DNA from: Asterionella formosa
Taxonomy: Eukaryota
NCBI GenBank assembly: GCA_002256025.1
Contig: NKIB01014626.1
Coordinates: 1 to 41,988 of the forward strand
Reading direction: 5' to 3'
Length of the DNA stretch: 41,988 nt
Positions 22,699 to 35,094 of the stretch are shown here, one piece after another. Below the pieces are notes generated by a model. That model did not search any database, was not told the DNA's origin, and saw only the letters and a list, made by a program, of their open reading frames with translations. A program made the translations under genes and the position numbers. Every line of letters begins with the position of its first letter. The first letter of the stretch is position 1.

Positions 22699-23855
22699 AA
22701 TGACCAAATATTAAGGACTTTTAATGAAAGCACCTTCATGTACTTGCATATTACCCGGATAATTGAGTAAATTTCTTGTTAAATTCTCTTTTCATGTGAC
22801 TACCGTGGATATTACAATGCAACGTCAGGACAAAAATTAGTCACAGGGGTTGACAAGGAGAATGCTTGGCAGCATTGATTTGAGGATTCCAGTACATAGT
22901 AACTATGCTTGGTGCTTTTCCAAGCCATTTTCCTCATCTAGTTTTATGGGTATGTGCATGATTGCTGACATTCAGCTAACAAGTATCTGTGCGAAGGTGC
23001 CGATGACTCCTACTATTGCCAAGTTCAAGGTAAATGGATAGTTGTTTACCGGTGTTACATCTTCATAGGACGTAAAATGGTTTGTCAATGAGCGAGAAAG
23101 TTTCTTTTACTCCAAAAGCCTCAAAAATTCTCCCAACAAGCTGAATCTCACGGAGAAACAAAGCCATACATCATGCAATATTACTATTCCAGTTCCTACA
23201 GTATTTACATATCATAAGATGTCCCTCGCATGATTTAGTGATGCTCGTCAATTGCAATGATGCTCATTATGAGATCATGCATGCAGTATTAAGTACAATA
23301 AACAATGTTGCAATCTGGGTGTTCGACTGCCTGGTGCAACAGTGCCTGTTACTGGTACCACCAAGTTGCGGTCATTTTGCTTTAACTAACATTTTAATCT
23401 CGAATAAAGACAGCTAAATCCTTAGTTTCAGCAAAATTACCGCAACTTGCAGGAATCTGTAATGTATACTGCCAAGAGTACTAAAAAAAACCAGTGCCGG
23501 TAGTGTGCGTGATGAGAAGTGAACGACTTGTTCGACTTCAAATTTGTTTTGGCGACATACGTCACGACATGACGAAACCGAAGCAGCTCTATATATTCAC
23601 TCTTTCTTGGCCTTGTACGAGCATGTCGAGCATACGTCAGGCGTGCGTCAGCATTTGCCAACACCGTCATCATACATGATTTTCTTGCCATAAAAAGCAA
23701 ATCTTGAAACTAATGACACATCATCTGAGATATAACATCATATGAGAAATTATCATATAGCTGTCTTAGGAGCAAAGCAGGTCACTATCCACATCGAGAA
23801 ACCTCGTTCTTGAGATATATACTTGCTGTTTATAGTTTAATAAAGGCTTCTGTTC

Positions 23856-24866
23856 ATGGCAATAATGGCACGTCACATGGTTATGTTCGTATTGTTGGTG
23901 ATGCTTGAAGAAAGCTGCTGTGGCTTTTTCAAGCCCATGAAATCCACAACCCTTGCCAGACCATGTCAAGTACAAATGGATGAAAGTGATCGTCAAGTAG
24001 GATATTACAAGAGAAACTACACTTGGCCTGTGAAAAATTATGTTCCAGATACTCCTGGATGGAGAAGAATCTTTGAACGACGGTTTGCTCAAATCCAACA
24101 AATTCCAGATCTGACCCAGAGGTACAATGGATGGCTATCTGCCGTGACATCAGCCTATGTAATACCAAACTTCACTTCCAGTGGATTCCTGCTTACAAGA
24201 GCTCCAGCTGGCATCTTGGAAGAACTACAGGCTTCGTTGTACGCTGGTCTGAATGATACTTCAACTCCGATAGAACGCCCCATTGAAATTATCCAGTCTG
24301 GTTCCAAAGAAGGTTTCCTTCCGCCATTTTATATAGAACAAGAAGCATTGAATGCCAAAGTGTTAAGAGAGTTGCGTGACATTCATGCTGAGTGGTCAAA
24401 CGTTCCATCCTTGGTAAATGTCAAGGCCTATGGTCTCCGTGTCTACCGGAACCAGTCCTGCCTCATGATGCACACTGACAAACCCAACACTCATGTCATT
24501 GCAAGCATTTTGCACATTGACCACTCACCAGATTCTGAACCATGGCCGCTCGTTCTGGAAGATTTTCATGGCAACACACATGAGATTATAATGGAAGCTG
24601 GAGATTTGTTACTCTACGAATCAGCCAAAGTGTATCATGGTCGACCAAAGACATTTCATGGGAGTTGGTATTGTTCCATCTTCACTCACTACTTTCCAGA
24701 AGGTTGGGATACAATAGACCAGCAGCTGGAATCTCATTATGGCGTCCCACCCATTTGGTTTGAGACGGTGGCACATGATGATACCTTGGATGCTTTGGAA
24801 GTGGTTGGGACTGGTGTACGAGAGCCTGATAGTATCCATGGATGGGCAGCACTAGGTGGTAGGTAG
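23856..24866 (+). CDS. 2OG-Fe(II) dioxygenase-like (prolyl-hydroxylase-like) protein, probably secreted; start codon uncertain
   Basis: YGLRVY..HTD (HxD)...GDLLLYES..HGRP (distal His) pattern, with a hydrophobic N-terminus. Confidence 0.75.
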   Translation: MAIMARHMVMFVLLVMLEESCCGFFKPMKSTTLARPCQVQMDESDRQVGYYKRNYTWPVKNYVPDTPGWRRIFERRFAQIQQIPDLTQRYNGWLSAVTSAYVIPNFTSSGFLLTRAPAGILEELQASLYAGLNDTSTPIERPIEIIQSGSKEGFLPPFYIEQEALNAKVLRELRDIHAEWSNVPSLVNVKAYGLRVYRNQSCLMMHTDKPNTHVIASILHIDHSPDSEPWPLVLEDFHGNTHEIIMEAGDLLLYESAKVYHGRPKTFHGSWYCSIFTHYFPEGWDTIDQQLESHYGVPPIWFETVAHDDTLDALEVVGTGVREPDSIHGWAALGGR

Positions 24867-25026
24867 TAGTATTTCTCCCCACATCATACCTTGGCAATGT
24901 TTCTGGAGAGTGAAACTACCGGTGTATCATTATACTGCAACCATATTATACTGGTCAAGAATAAAAGCAAAAGGATACGGTTTGTTAAACTAACATTTGT
25001 ACATAGCGTCTCGTCGCCTACTAATA

Positions 25027-25716
25027 TTATTCCGTCTTTTTGGTATCATCGTTTTCGGGTGGTGCGTTCGCTATTACACTGACCAAAATGATTTTAACAA
25101 TCTTGTACCACCAAAACACATTGAGCATATAGAACGCCCCAAGACATACCAACCTCGGATCCGTTCGTTCCATGCCATGATGAATCAATTGCATCATTAG
25201 AAATGGGATCCACACAATTCGACATGCCGTAAAGACAAGAGCAAAGATGGCAAAGTGCCATGGCGTTCGTGTCCTTTTTGCCAAATGCATAAATGGGTTC
25301 GACAGTTCGCAGAGTGCGGCTTTGGAATTCATTCGCAATTGTCGTGAAAGTGGAGTCGTGTAGTTGGATATCCCAAGGACCAGACAAAAAATGGCATGGG
25401 CCAAGTACACCCCGTCCCACCGGTAGGCGCAATCCAAGAGGTCGATGCAAAAGTATCCGATGGACCACAGAATGGGAATGCGCTCTGAAAAGATTTGATC
25501 GTTGTTAGAGTACATGGACGTCAAGCCCAGGAAAATGGCTCCAAAGTTGTGAAAGTTATGCAATGAGTACCAGCGATGAAACGTTGGTCGCTTATTCTTC
25601 GTGTTGTGCAATGGGACATAGCAATACAAGAACGTGGAGATCCAAATACACAGTGGACAGTAGAATGGCAAGAAACTGTCCTCGGCGTTGTACGCTGTCC
25701 ACAAATCTCTCAACAT
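25027..25716 (-). CDS. TLC (TRAM/LAG1/CLN8) domain membrane protein, 229 aa
   Basis: Multi-pass hydrophobic ORF with SIGYFCIDL, YLAHA, CELSNPF, FTACRIVW and LNVFWWYKI. Confidence 0.85.
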   Translation of the reverse strand: MLRDLWTAYNAEDSFLPFYCPLCIWISTFLYCYVPLHNTKNKRPTFHRWYSLHNFHNFGAIFLGLTSMYSNNDQIFSERIPILWSIGYFCIDLLDCAYRWDGVYLAHAIFCLVLGISNYTTPLSRQLRMNSKAALCELSNPFMHLAKRTRTPWHFAIFALVFTACRIVWIPFLMMQLIHHGMERTDPRLVCLGAFYMLNVFWWYKIVKIILVSVIANAPPENDDTKKTE

Positions 25717-26966
25717 GGTGGAGCGGAGATTGTATGAATGATGTATTTTAGGTTTAGTGCCTGTACCTAAGTGGACACTACCAGTTTTAGAATTTGAGTA
25801 TCTGTTTTCATATTGTGGTTTTTTATTAGCAAGGAGATATTAGCCATTTGAACAAGTGCGATGAGAGTACAGGTTACACGGTTCCTTGTACCAGTGGGCG
25901 AAAACTATCATTGCGTCGATTCTTACCATGGCTGAATCATTTGATTAGACTACTGGTACCATGAGGAATACGACTTTGCCGGATGGTGTGGCATACCCGG
26001 TACATGTTATCGAACGTACCTGGTACCTGGTATACTTATTTGTGTAGGTACATCATACAGTTGCTACGTATTGTGATCAACTTATACCGGGCGGTACCAG
26101 TTTAGACTACCTGGTACCTTGCACTCCACCTAGTTGTCTACTACGAATGTAAAGTAGTACAGACAGTAGTACTTAGGAGTTGCGGTAAAGAAAGACGGGT
26201 TTTACTATGAGAAAAAATGCTAAATTTCTCATTTTCACAGCGACTTGCAGTTGTGAAAGAAAAGAAATTATATGGGCCGGTGCATGTATGAGCAGGTAGT
26301 TATGACACCCCTATGTACTACTGCCCTATTCGTACCACTGTAGTAAACGGTGCCAGTAATAGTCCCTGGTACAGGTGGACACACTGTATACTCTCTCTTC
26401 AGAAGTAAAGGTAGAGAACTGGTACCAGGTACTGTACATCATTGTCATGTGATCGTCTGGCCTCCCCCCACCCAAGTCAAACCAGAACCGCTTGTTGTTT
26501 TTCATGATCATGATTGCGAGCGCGCCAGTTCTGAATACCGGGTAGCGGTATATGATTAAATAAAACAGTATTTTCAAATATAGCAATTCTTGCCTTGCTT
26601 AAACTATGAAAATTAATCATGTTGGCTCAGGTAGCGACGTGAGTGGTTGAAACCACATGTTATCCATATACCTGTATACATGGAACATTTGATTATACTT
26701 TTATTAAATAAAATGAAAATAAATGGATAAGCGAGCCAACAATTAATTCACTTCATTACCTCCCCCTCCACAGCCTTGTCTATACTAGGAATGTTCTGAA
26801 CTCCTAATAGACTACACCACAAACATCGGTCCCTTCCTAATCATTTGCATTTATACAAACTAAATATCAGCCACAATCGTCTTTGTCTTGAAGCCTACCA
26901 ACAACAACATTTTCATATACAGTATAGAACAACAACGACGCCGCCGTTCATCCGTTCATGTAAACC

Positions 26967-27937
26967 ATGCCACCTAAAAAGGCAGACGGCGCATCCAAGA
27001 AAAACGACAAGAAAAAGAAAGAAAAGCTATTGGAAGATCGAACGTTTGGATTGAAAAACAAGAATAAATCGAAAAAAGTTCAGCAGTACATTCAAGGCGT
27101 TGCTGCCAATGTGTACACTGTAGACCCCAAACAACGTCGACTCGATGAAGAACGTAAAAAACTAAAGGAGAATGCCAAATTGGCGAAAAAAGCTATGCTG
27201 GACGAACAAAATGCTTTGTTTGGAGCAGCATTGTTGGCAGTACAGAAAAAGGGAACTGAGTCGGGCAAAGTGGAAGCCAAGGGAAGAGATGGAGAGGACG
27301 ATGGTACCAAAAAGGCGGGAACATCCAGAGCTATGAAAATGATGTTTCAAATGGATGCCCAAGAAATGGAAGAGAGACTCAAAGAAGATGTGAGTTGGGA
27401 TGCTATACAAGTAGGACTGGATGGTTCATTGTTGCCTGGCGTCACGTCAGACCTGTCATGTGTCTGTGGTTGATTTTGACTGCTCCATCTTAACTTACCC
27501 CTTTCTACTTGACCAATATTCCTTTTTATATACAGCCCAATTACGTTCCAACATTAGAAGACGAAATTGAATCAAAGCGCCAAAAACTAGTCATGGAATT
27601 AAAGGCTTCTGGCAAACCTGGTACACCCGTGACTCCGGAAACCTTCAAAATATGGCAAGATAAGAAACGAAAACGTAGAGCAGAGGAAGCCAAGAAATTG
27701 GTAGAAGCTGAATTGAAAAAGAAAAAGGGTGGTAAGGGTCTTTCGATTCTGTCAGGACGAGATCTATATGAATACAAGAAGGAGTTGTTTGTGGACGATG
27801 AAAATGCGGCAGATGACATTGTTGCTAGTGACCGGCTCGGGGCCAATGAAGAGTTGGAAGAAGTGGCCCAAAAGGTGGAACAGAGTCTATTTTTAGACGA
27901 AGAAGCCGATGTGGATTTGGATGATTTAGATGATTAA
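26967..27937 (+). CDS. ZC3H15: TMA46/ZC3H15 (DFRP1)-like protein, 274 aa; exons 26967-27389 and 27536-27937
   Basis: N-terminal MPPKK..EDRTFGLKNKNKSKKVQQYI and DFRP C-terminal TLEDEIE..TPVTPETFKIW..LSGRDLY..DDE. A phase-0 GTGAGT...TACAG intron lies at 27390-27535. Confidence 0.85.
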
Positions 27938-28028
27938 GGCCTTCTTGACTTTTAGCTATTTGAGAATATTATTATCCTTTACGCTCTTGATCTAATCATA
28001 GAAAACAGTGTCGAATAGCCACTTGCAC

Positions 28029-28715
28029 TCATTCCATCTCATCTTCATCGTCTTCTAACCCAGGATGGAGCTTTCCCCACCCATGGATGTCATTCTCCGG
28101 ATCGACACCTTTAAAATACCGATGCTGTAGTGTCCCTTGTTCCTTGAGTCGCTCCAACTTGTCGGGAGCAAATTCTCCTCGAATGGCACGTTCATGCAAA
28201 TCGTTTTGATGAGCCACCAAAATTTCATGAAAGTCAGCTCTGGTCCATTCCGATTTTGGCTGAATAATCGAAAAATCGTACCATGCGGGCACAAAACGTT
28301 TACGAAAGTCTGGATTCAAAGCAATTTCACGACCAATAAATGGTGTAGCAATAAACGCAACAAAAAAGGAAGCGACTGTATGGGGCAGTTGTGACCACAC
28401 AGACATGTTGGTTAATTGCCGAAATCATCAATGGAACAAACGTAAAAAGAGTCAAACAGCATTTATTCCACAAACTCACTCACCAATAGCTAACTGGATT
28501 CCATGCTCCCGATCTCTTTGAGAAGATCGACGTTTGGACTCTTGGATCACTTCGATGGGAGGTCGATTGATGTAATAGGCTTTCATTTTCTCACAGGCAT
28601 CAAGGTATTTTGCGTCTCGTTCCGCCGCGGTGAGCGGAACTTTGGAGGACAAGAACCGCAGTGTTCGTGCGGATCTTGGCGCAGAGGAATAGCGGGCACT
28701 AACGATGGTAAACAT
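28029..28715 (-). CDS. 192-aa hypothetical single-TM protein, possibly mitochondrial; exons 28715-28484 and 28375-28029
   Basis: A GTGAGT...ATACAG intron (28483-28376) joins two ORFs in frame and creates the TM segment IQLAIVASFFVAFIATPFIG. The N-terminus is Arg/Ser-rich and acid-free. Confidence 0.8.
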
Positions 28716-29217
28716 TCAGATGAATTAGTATTGGTAGGAGTATGTTGACGACAATGAAAACGAGCAGTTGTGAACGACAATGATAGCGACAAAGAAAAAA
28801 TGTAAATCTTCGTTCTCTATTAATTCTCATTCGTCCTTTGCTATGTAACATCCCGATAATAGGAAGCAATGCATGTGCGTATTTTGTCAGAATCGAAGAA
28901 TGCTTCGCTCTCCTACATTGGCTCATATAGTATATGCATATATGTATACCAGTCATTGCTGTCCTGCCTTTTTTTTATCGAAGTGCCCAAAACATAAAAA
29001 TACCGGTAGTGCCTCATCATTAATTCCTATAATTTGTTATCATTTTTCCTGTTTGTTAGGACCTCACCAATGCTACCAAAAGCATATATGCATATACCGC
29101 TATCATAGTGAGTAACATCTTGTTAATGTGGCTGACCCACAATCTTTCAAAACTTCGATAGCAGAGGGTAGTATGTATTTTCATAGGAATCAGTGACATG
29201 ATCTCCCTATTTGTTGC

Positions 29218-30750
29218 TTAGCTACGCTTATTCTTCTTTGGCTTTCCAAAGATCAGTGATACGAGCCATAAGAAAAAGGCCAATAGCTGGGGAAGGATGA
29301 AGTTCTGAAGAATGAAAATAGTTTGCCTGACAATGGAGGTAGCCTTTTCTGACGCGGCCTCCTCGGACTCCAATTGCCTAAAAGACTTCTTCTTTTTCTT
29401 TCTCTTTCGTTTTGCACCAGCCGTGGCAGCTGCACCTTCTACCAGAGCGTTTTCGCTTTCTACATCCTCCTCATCAGATGATTCATCATCATCATCATTA
29501 TCATCGTCTTCTTCCTCACTACTAGTGTCCATAACCATGGAAGAAAAAGCAGATCCCCCTTTTTGCTTCTTCCTTTTCTTCTCTGCTTCTTTTTTGGCCC
29601 ACGCCTTTTGCTCTTGAGGCGTCAGCCATTTCGTATTTACTTTGACTTTTGTATCTGTACCAATAGAGATCATCTTGAGGGCCTTCTTTTTCTGTTTCGT
29701 TTCAAACTTAGTGCGACTGGCCTGGAGTCTCGATTCAAAGAAGGCGTCCTCTTCAAACCACCCGCGACTGGCATGTTCCAAATATTCAATTTCGTCGTCA
29801 ATTTCCACCTTTCGAGCTAGCGTCTGAGTTTCCTTGAGAGTCAATAATCTTCCTCGTGCTTCTTTTTCCAGAGCAACCAACGGGACTCGTTCCTTTCGTA
29901 ATTTGGCAATGTCCGCCTCATATTTCAGTCCATGTGGTAACATGGGTTCAATGGATTGCAATAGATTTTTACGTTGGAGTGCTTTTGCCGTAGATTTTTT
30001 CTCCTTTGTGACTAATGACAAATTCCGTGCATTATGTTCCACCAATATCCCTAATTCATAGGATGTGACATTTCCGGTTTCTACTTGATGAAGTAGTTCC
30101 TGCCGAACATGCGCATCCTTGTCGTCCAAGAGTACCACAGCATCATAAAACGCTTGTTCCGAGTCATTGAGAGGTGTGCCATTCATTAATTGTTCGTCGA
30201 GGCTGTGTAGTAATTCCCGCAGCCCTTCGATGCATTCAAGACACCCCTTCTTCTGGGACCACGACGGACATTTGGCCTTGACCATGTTCGTAAACACTGG
30301 CATGGAACATACAGCAAGTTTGTATCCTGGGCTGTCTAGTGGTAGGAGTGGTTCAATTTCTAGAGCATTTTGCTTCGTCTTGTTCACTTGTATTTTTGGA
30401 AACACCACAACAGTCTTAAGGTTCTTTCCTGTGTCATGCTGCAGCTTGTAACATCCTGCACACTCCATAACACAGGATGCTCCTCGATCTTCTTGATAGC
30501 CATAGGTGTTTAATACAGACGTGACGGCTCGTGCTGCCCCCTCATCGTACTTTTGCCTCCCCTGCTTTCCCGCACCAGTAATGAAAGTGAGTCGAATCAT
30601 TTTGGCATGTTCCTCCCCCTCCACGACAAATGGCTCGCGGAAGGCATCGTGGATGGTACTGGAAATAGTTGTCACATTCTGACCTCCCAAGTCAAAGGTT
30701 TCACTCTCAGTTGCATCTCGGATGGACGCTGCAAGGCCGCTAATGCCCAT
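29218..30750 (-). CDS. 510-aa hypothetical protein with helical core, acidic and basic tracts and a C-terminal hydrophobic anchor
   Basis: Long uninterrupted ATG-initiated ORF with natural composition; no family recognised. Confidence 0.8.
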   Translation of the reverse strand: MGISGLAASIRDATESETFDLGGQNVTTISSTIHDAFREPFVVEGEEHAKMIRLTFITGAGKQGRQKYDEGAARAVTSVLNTYGYQEDRGASCVMECAGCYKLQHDTGKNLKTVVVFPKIQVNKTKQNALEIEPLLPLDSPGYKLAVCSMPVFTNMVKAKCPSWSQKKGCLECIEGLRELLHSLDEQLMNGTPLNDSEQAFYDAVVLLDDKDAHVRQELLHQVETGNVTSYELGILVEHNARNLSLVTKEKKSTAKALQRKNLLQSIEPMLPHGLKYEADIAKLRKERVPLVALEKEARGRLLTLKETQTLARKVEIDDEIEYLEHASRGWFEEDAFFESRLQASRTKFETKQKKKALKMISIGTDTKVKVNTKWLTPQEQKAWAKKEAEKKRKKQKGGSAFSSMVMDTSSEEEDDDNDDDDESSDEEDVESENALVEGAAATAGAKRKRKKKKKSFRQLESEEAASEKATSIVRQTIFILQNFILPQLLAFFLWLVSLIFGKPKKNKRS

Positions 30751-31162
30751 GATGGATAATTGTAAGAAGAGATACCGGTATACTATTGATTGTTATTGGG
30801 GCTGGAATGGCTTGCTTGTGATGTGATATGGCTGATGGATGATGATGAATAATTTAGGGTTGCGTGGTTTCGTTTCCGTGCCTGTGTACCTGAGTACGGT
30901 ACCTGGTACCACCATCAGGTAAATAAACAAACAATAAGAAAGACGTAGTACTCTATACACTCTATACATATATGTACATACGAATGCACAACAATATGGA
31001 CGAGGGCTGAGTTCACAAAGTGCAAGCACAACATCACAATACCTTGCACACTCCTGTGTAGTGCAAACAGCAAAGGACAAACTGGACTATCTATACCTTT
31101 GTAATTGTTGACACCAATAAAGTAATCCACAGGATTTCTTTCAGTACTTTCCTTTCAGTGCG

Positions 31163-33784
31163 TCAGGAATGTTGATTACTCCATTCAATACCTAAAACTG
31201 AAGTACCATTGACCATCAGGGTATGCATTTCAGGTGGAAAAGGAGGGGCAGCACAAGGAAACGAAATCAACGGAACCAATTTGCCGGTGGAGGGATCTTT
31301 CACCTGGGGCAGGAGTTCATCGCCCCATTTCAGGTATTGCTTTGGCGTTTCTCCACCTCTAGATCCTCTAGAGGTTTCAAAAGGTGAATAGAAGAAATCC
31401 CTAGTGTCGACGGCGTGCTCGTATCGCTTCTTCTTTAATTTTCTGTTTGCGGTAGTATTCGAGACAATGAAACGTTGTCGGGAAATAGCATTGTTCATTG
31501 AAATGTCGGTGGTAATTAAGTCGTTCCTGGAAAGATTAGATGTTCCCCTCCTCACAGGTATGGCCTTGTCATTCTTCTGTGCTTCCCACCAATTCTTTAA
31601 CTCTTGGCTGAACAAGTCGATCTCAGCTAAAGTTATGATGGAGTGATCACTACTGGTTGATTCAAACTTTTCGCCACAAAGCCCCTCCAATGAGCAAATG
31701 ACTAGCTTTGTGTGCTTGTATGCTTTCATCACAATTGTCAGGAGGTCATCGCCCTTTTGCTTGGTCTCATTCCATTTGACAACATCGGACCTTGCCATTG
31801 GCAATTTTTCCAATGCATTGGAAGCAAGGTCAACTAAAGACACGCAGCAGTAGTAACAATCAATCGTCAGCAATATTTGCAAATTGGCTAGCTCGGGGTC
31901 ATGAGAGCCGTCGGTGCAAAATAACTGAGACGAGGATAATAGCGTCTCAACGGCAGCATCTCGATGTCCGCTTTTCCAAAGGGAAATCCCAAGCCATCGT
32001 CCTGTGAGGCTCTCCAACTGGTCTGCTTGCAACATGTCGAACGCCGCTTCCATAGCACTTGACTTGTCAATACCAGCACTCTTACGAACTCCTTTCGTGC
32101 AGGTAAGAGCCTGCTTAAACACGTCGATAGCGTCAGACGCGAGATTACCTTTATGCAAAGCCTTACTCAATTCAGAAAGCTGCTGCAATGCTATGCCGTG
32201 GTTTGTGAGAGCTCGCCCACGCAGAAGAATGAGCGTTCGTCGAATCTTTCGCGAATCTTCCGTGGCTTCATTTATAATAGTCTCCTGAGATTTTTCCAAC
32301 TCCTTGACGATGTCAGTAGCTCCCCGAAATAAGTCACTAGCTTCTGCCAATAACTTGCTCCTGTCATCGGAATCTGCACTACTCAGATTGGCCAGGGAAA
32401 GTATGCTGCTCCCTAGAGACATCATGCTTTCCCTTAGCATTTCCCTAGCATCCCACATCTCGAAGTCATCTTCGTTCTCCTTGGCGTGTTCTACGATTCT
32501 TCGATATCTTGTCACCAATAATCTCCCAGCATGAATTTCTTCGTTGAGCTCAGAGGCTTCGTTCGAATTATCGAGGGATGACGGATTGAGAACGTTTGTC
32601 GATTCAACAAATTGGCAATTTTCCTCGTTTTCGACAGCTTCTCGAGCGGTCTGTAGCTCTATTGCATTGACTCCAAATGATCTTTTGATTTCATTCAAGC
32701 TCTTGTTTTCTGTTGGCTCCAAGTCTCTCTTCGCCTCCATCCTAACCTTGAGACCAATTTTCTGTTTCACCGTTTTTACGACACCATCTTCGTCCGAACT
32801 ATCATCAATCACTAGGCGTCGTTTTCTCGCTTTCTTTGTTGCAACATTATCGCAATTATTAATGGTTTTCGCCTCTTCTGGAAGCATCATTGATCTCTTC
32901 CATTCCGATTGCTGCCACCCATGTGGCAATACACCACCCTTGTCAGTCACGTGAAACTCATTGGCTCGTCTCTCCACAACTATATGAGATACTCCATTAG
33001 CAGGTGCTGTCAGGGTGACCTCTAACCGCTCCATTTTATCCTGAATGCTCATCTTTACTTTACCTCCATTGGCGTACTTGTCCAACAGTCGTTTAAGATC
33101 TCGCACCCAAGCGTTTCTCCAATGCTCTAATTCGTCTATGCATTTTCTCATTAGAATTTCGTGCTTGTCTAATTCTGACTCAAATAGTTGTGCCCCGTGA
33201 TCGATCAGAACGTCCCAGGCTCCGGATTTCCCGGAAAACCGCTGTAAGTGACGAATTAACAAGTGTCGTACCCCGACGTGTTCATCAAATAGTTCATCCC
33301 AGCTAGCTCCAGAATATCCAAGTTCACTTTTATACAATTTAGTGTATCCATCACTCCGTTCTGCCAAGGACGAGAATCTGGATGGAAAGTTCTTATTCTG
33401 ATGGTTGGATGCATCTCCAGCATGTCGACATTCTCCGCTAGTGACCAAGACCAACCCATCTCGGATGCGAAGGAAATGATAAAAAACATGTGTCAACACC
33501 ACGGATAGATTATTCAGTTTGGCGTGGATGAGTGCGGTTTGACAGTCTTTCCAGCACTCGTGGTGCAGGACATGTATCGCATACTGCAACGACGTGCGTT
33601 GTCGAGTTAAGACGCGTAGAATATGACATGCATGCTTCGTGAGGTGATCCACGTGTCGTCGTTGTTGTTGTTCGTCGGCAGAGGCTCTTGTGTACTTCTT
33701 CATGTACCATCGGACAGCTCCCTCCAGGCCTTGACATGCCAACTCAATCAAGTCACTATCGCTATCAGTGCCTACAATTGCCAT
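31163..33784 (-). CDS. 873-aa hypothetical protein with NLS-like motifs and a TPR-like helical region
   Basis: Long intact ORF with KKARKRR and TPR-like segments (RGRALTNHGIALQQL, AIDVFKQAL, LGISLWKSGHRDAAVETL). Confidence 0.8.
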   Translation of the reverse strand: MAIVGTDSDSDLIELACQGLEGAVRWYMKKYTRASADEQQQRRHVDHLTKHACHILRVLTRQRTSLQYAIHVLHHECWKDCQTALIHAKLNNLSVVLTHVFYHFLRIRDGLVLVTSGECRHAGDASNHQNKNFPSRFSSLAERSDGYTKLYKSELGYSGASWDELFDEHVGVRHLLIRHLQRFSGKSGAWDVLIDHGAQLFESELDKHEILMRKCIDELEHWRNAWVRDLKRLLDKYANGGKVKMSIQDKMERLEVTLTAPANGVSHIVVERRANEFHVTDKGGVLPHGWQQSEWKRSMMLPEEAKTINNCDNVATKKARKRRLVIDDSSDEDGVVKTVKQKIGLKVRMEAKRDLEPTENKSLNEIKRSFGVNAIELQTAREAVENEENCQFVESTNVLNPSSLDNSNEASELNEEIHAGRLLVTRYRRIVEHAKENEDDFEMWDAREMLRESMMSLGSSILSLANLSSADSDDRSKLLAEASDLFRGATDIVKELEKSQETIINEATEDSRKIRRTLILLRGRALTNHGIALQQLSELSKALHKGNLASDAIDVFKQALTCTKGVRKSAGIDKSSAMEAAFDMLQADQLESLTGRWLGISLWKSGHRDAAVETLLSSSQLFCTDGSHDPELANLQILLTIDCYYCCVSLVDLASNALEKLPMARSDVVKWNETKQKGDDLLTIVMKAYKHTKLVICSLEGLCGEKFESTSSDHSIITLAEIDLFSQELKNWWEAQKNDKAIPVRRGTSNLSRNDLITTDISMNNAISRQRFIVSNTTANRKLKKKRYEHAVDTRDFFYSPFETSRGSRGGETPKQYLKWGDELLPQVKDPSTGKLVPLISFPCAAPPFPPEMHTLMVNGTSVLGIEWSNQHS

Positions 33785-34119
33785 GTTTGGTAAATGCTGT
33801 TCGCTTTTGTCGCGAAATGGTTTTAAAAATCAATCCGTTTTGCAATCATCAGGTCGGATACGGTCATGTCATACAATAAGTTAGTACAACTAATGTACTA
33901 TGTACTTACTGTCTGGTATACCGGTAAGTAACCAAGTTCCCTTTGCTGCAATACATTCATATTATATATTTTAGCTATCTAGTAATTAAAAACCCGGTAT
34001 TTATCAAAAGCCAGAGCACGACATGAAAATTAAATATGGCGCGAAGTGATAATGCAATTTGTGCCGTGACCTCTACTAACGGGTGCCCTTTGCTATTAGG
34101 TGCATATAATAAGCATGAT

Positions 34120-34317
34120 AAAATGTCAATGAAATTTTAAAGTACATTAAAGCTATCCAATAATTGCACTCAGGCCCACCAAAAATAGAACAATATAGGT
34201 AGATGGTCACAATTAGTATCGGTTTTTTTGGTCCGTAAGGTACAATGGGACCTGTCTTTTCGTCAGCCGCACTCCCTGGAACCATAGGGACTACAAGAAA
34301 AAGACAGGTTGAGAATG
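34120..34317 (-). mobile_element. 5'-truncated copy of the SINE-like family
   Basis: The reverse complement cattctcaacctgtctttttcttgtagtccctatggttccagggagtgcggctgacgaaaagacaggtcccattgtac...gtgggcctgagtgcaattattggatagct aligns with 6715-6885. Confidence 0.85.
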
Positions 34318-35094
34318 ATAGAGGAATTACGACAGTGATGTTATCAGCAGATTTGACACTAAAAATTTCACAGTAGCTGTACAACAACTACAAAAATGAC
34401 TAAAACAATGAAATGATTAATTAAAGCAATGGATGTCAAACAAGTTATTTATTAGCTTGAATATGATTGCTTGTATTGACACCGTAAAAACCCATCATGA
34501 TCTTCACATCGAAATTTGAAATGGGTCCAATATTGCCCATCATTAAAATATATTTTGTGTATTTCCTATGTTCGCATTTTGGCATTACAATTTGTGCCAA
34601 TTGCCCCTTGGTTTTCCAGCCCTCGGATTCTTGCCGAAATCGGCAAGGGGTCTACTTGAGGAAACCATTTTATTTAGTCTACAGATTTTGATAATTTATA
34701 TCTAGAGTTCACCTCGTTTTTGTTCGTCTCCTGACAAGTGGACTCCGGCAATTCACCTTTCACCATGCCGATCATTGTCCATCATGCCCAGTCTGAAGTG
34801 AAATTAGTTCAGTGATCGTTGTCGAACGGATGCGGTTTGTGGTTGGATAGCTTGTCTTCTTGTGGGATTCATGTTAGTCACATCGTCCATATTTCGTTGG
34901 ACGAACAATGATATTGGTGCGTATCTGATGTTGGTGGCAAGTTTTTCCTCCGGTCATGCTACATATGTACGTGGTACTAAAAACAACCATGCATGGATTA
35001 AGCTAAACTTTAACGCTTACATATGACACAATAAAATATTATCGCTGTAGACTCGGTATTATCTTTACGAGACCAAAATGTTAAAATATATCGT

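Noticed and set aside
34110..34325. TSD around the second SINE copy (TATCAT on both sides)
   Set aside because: It is only 6 bp in AT-rich sequence and overlaps the alignment edge, so it is too weak to call.
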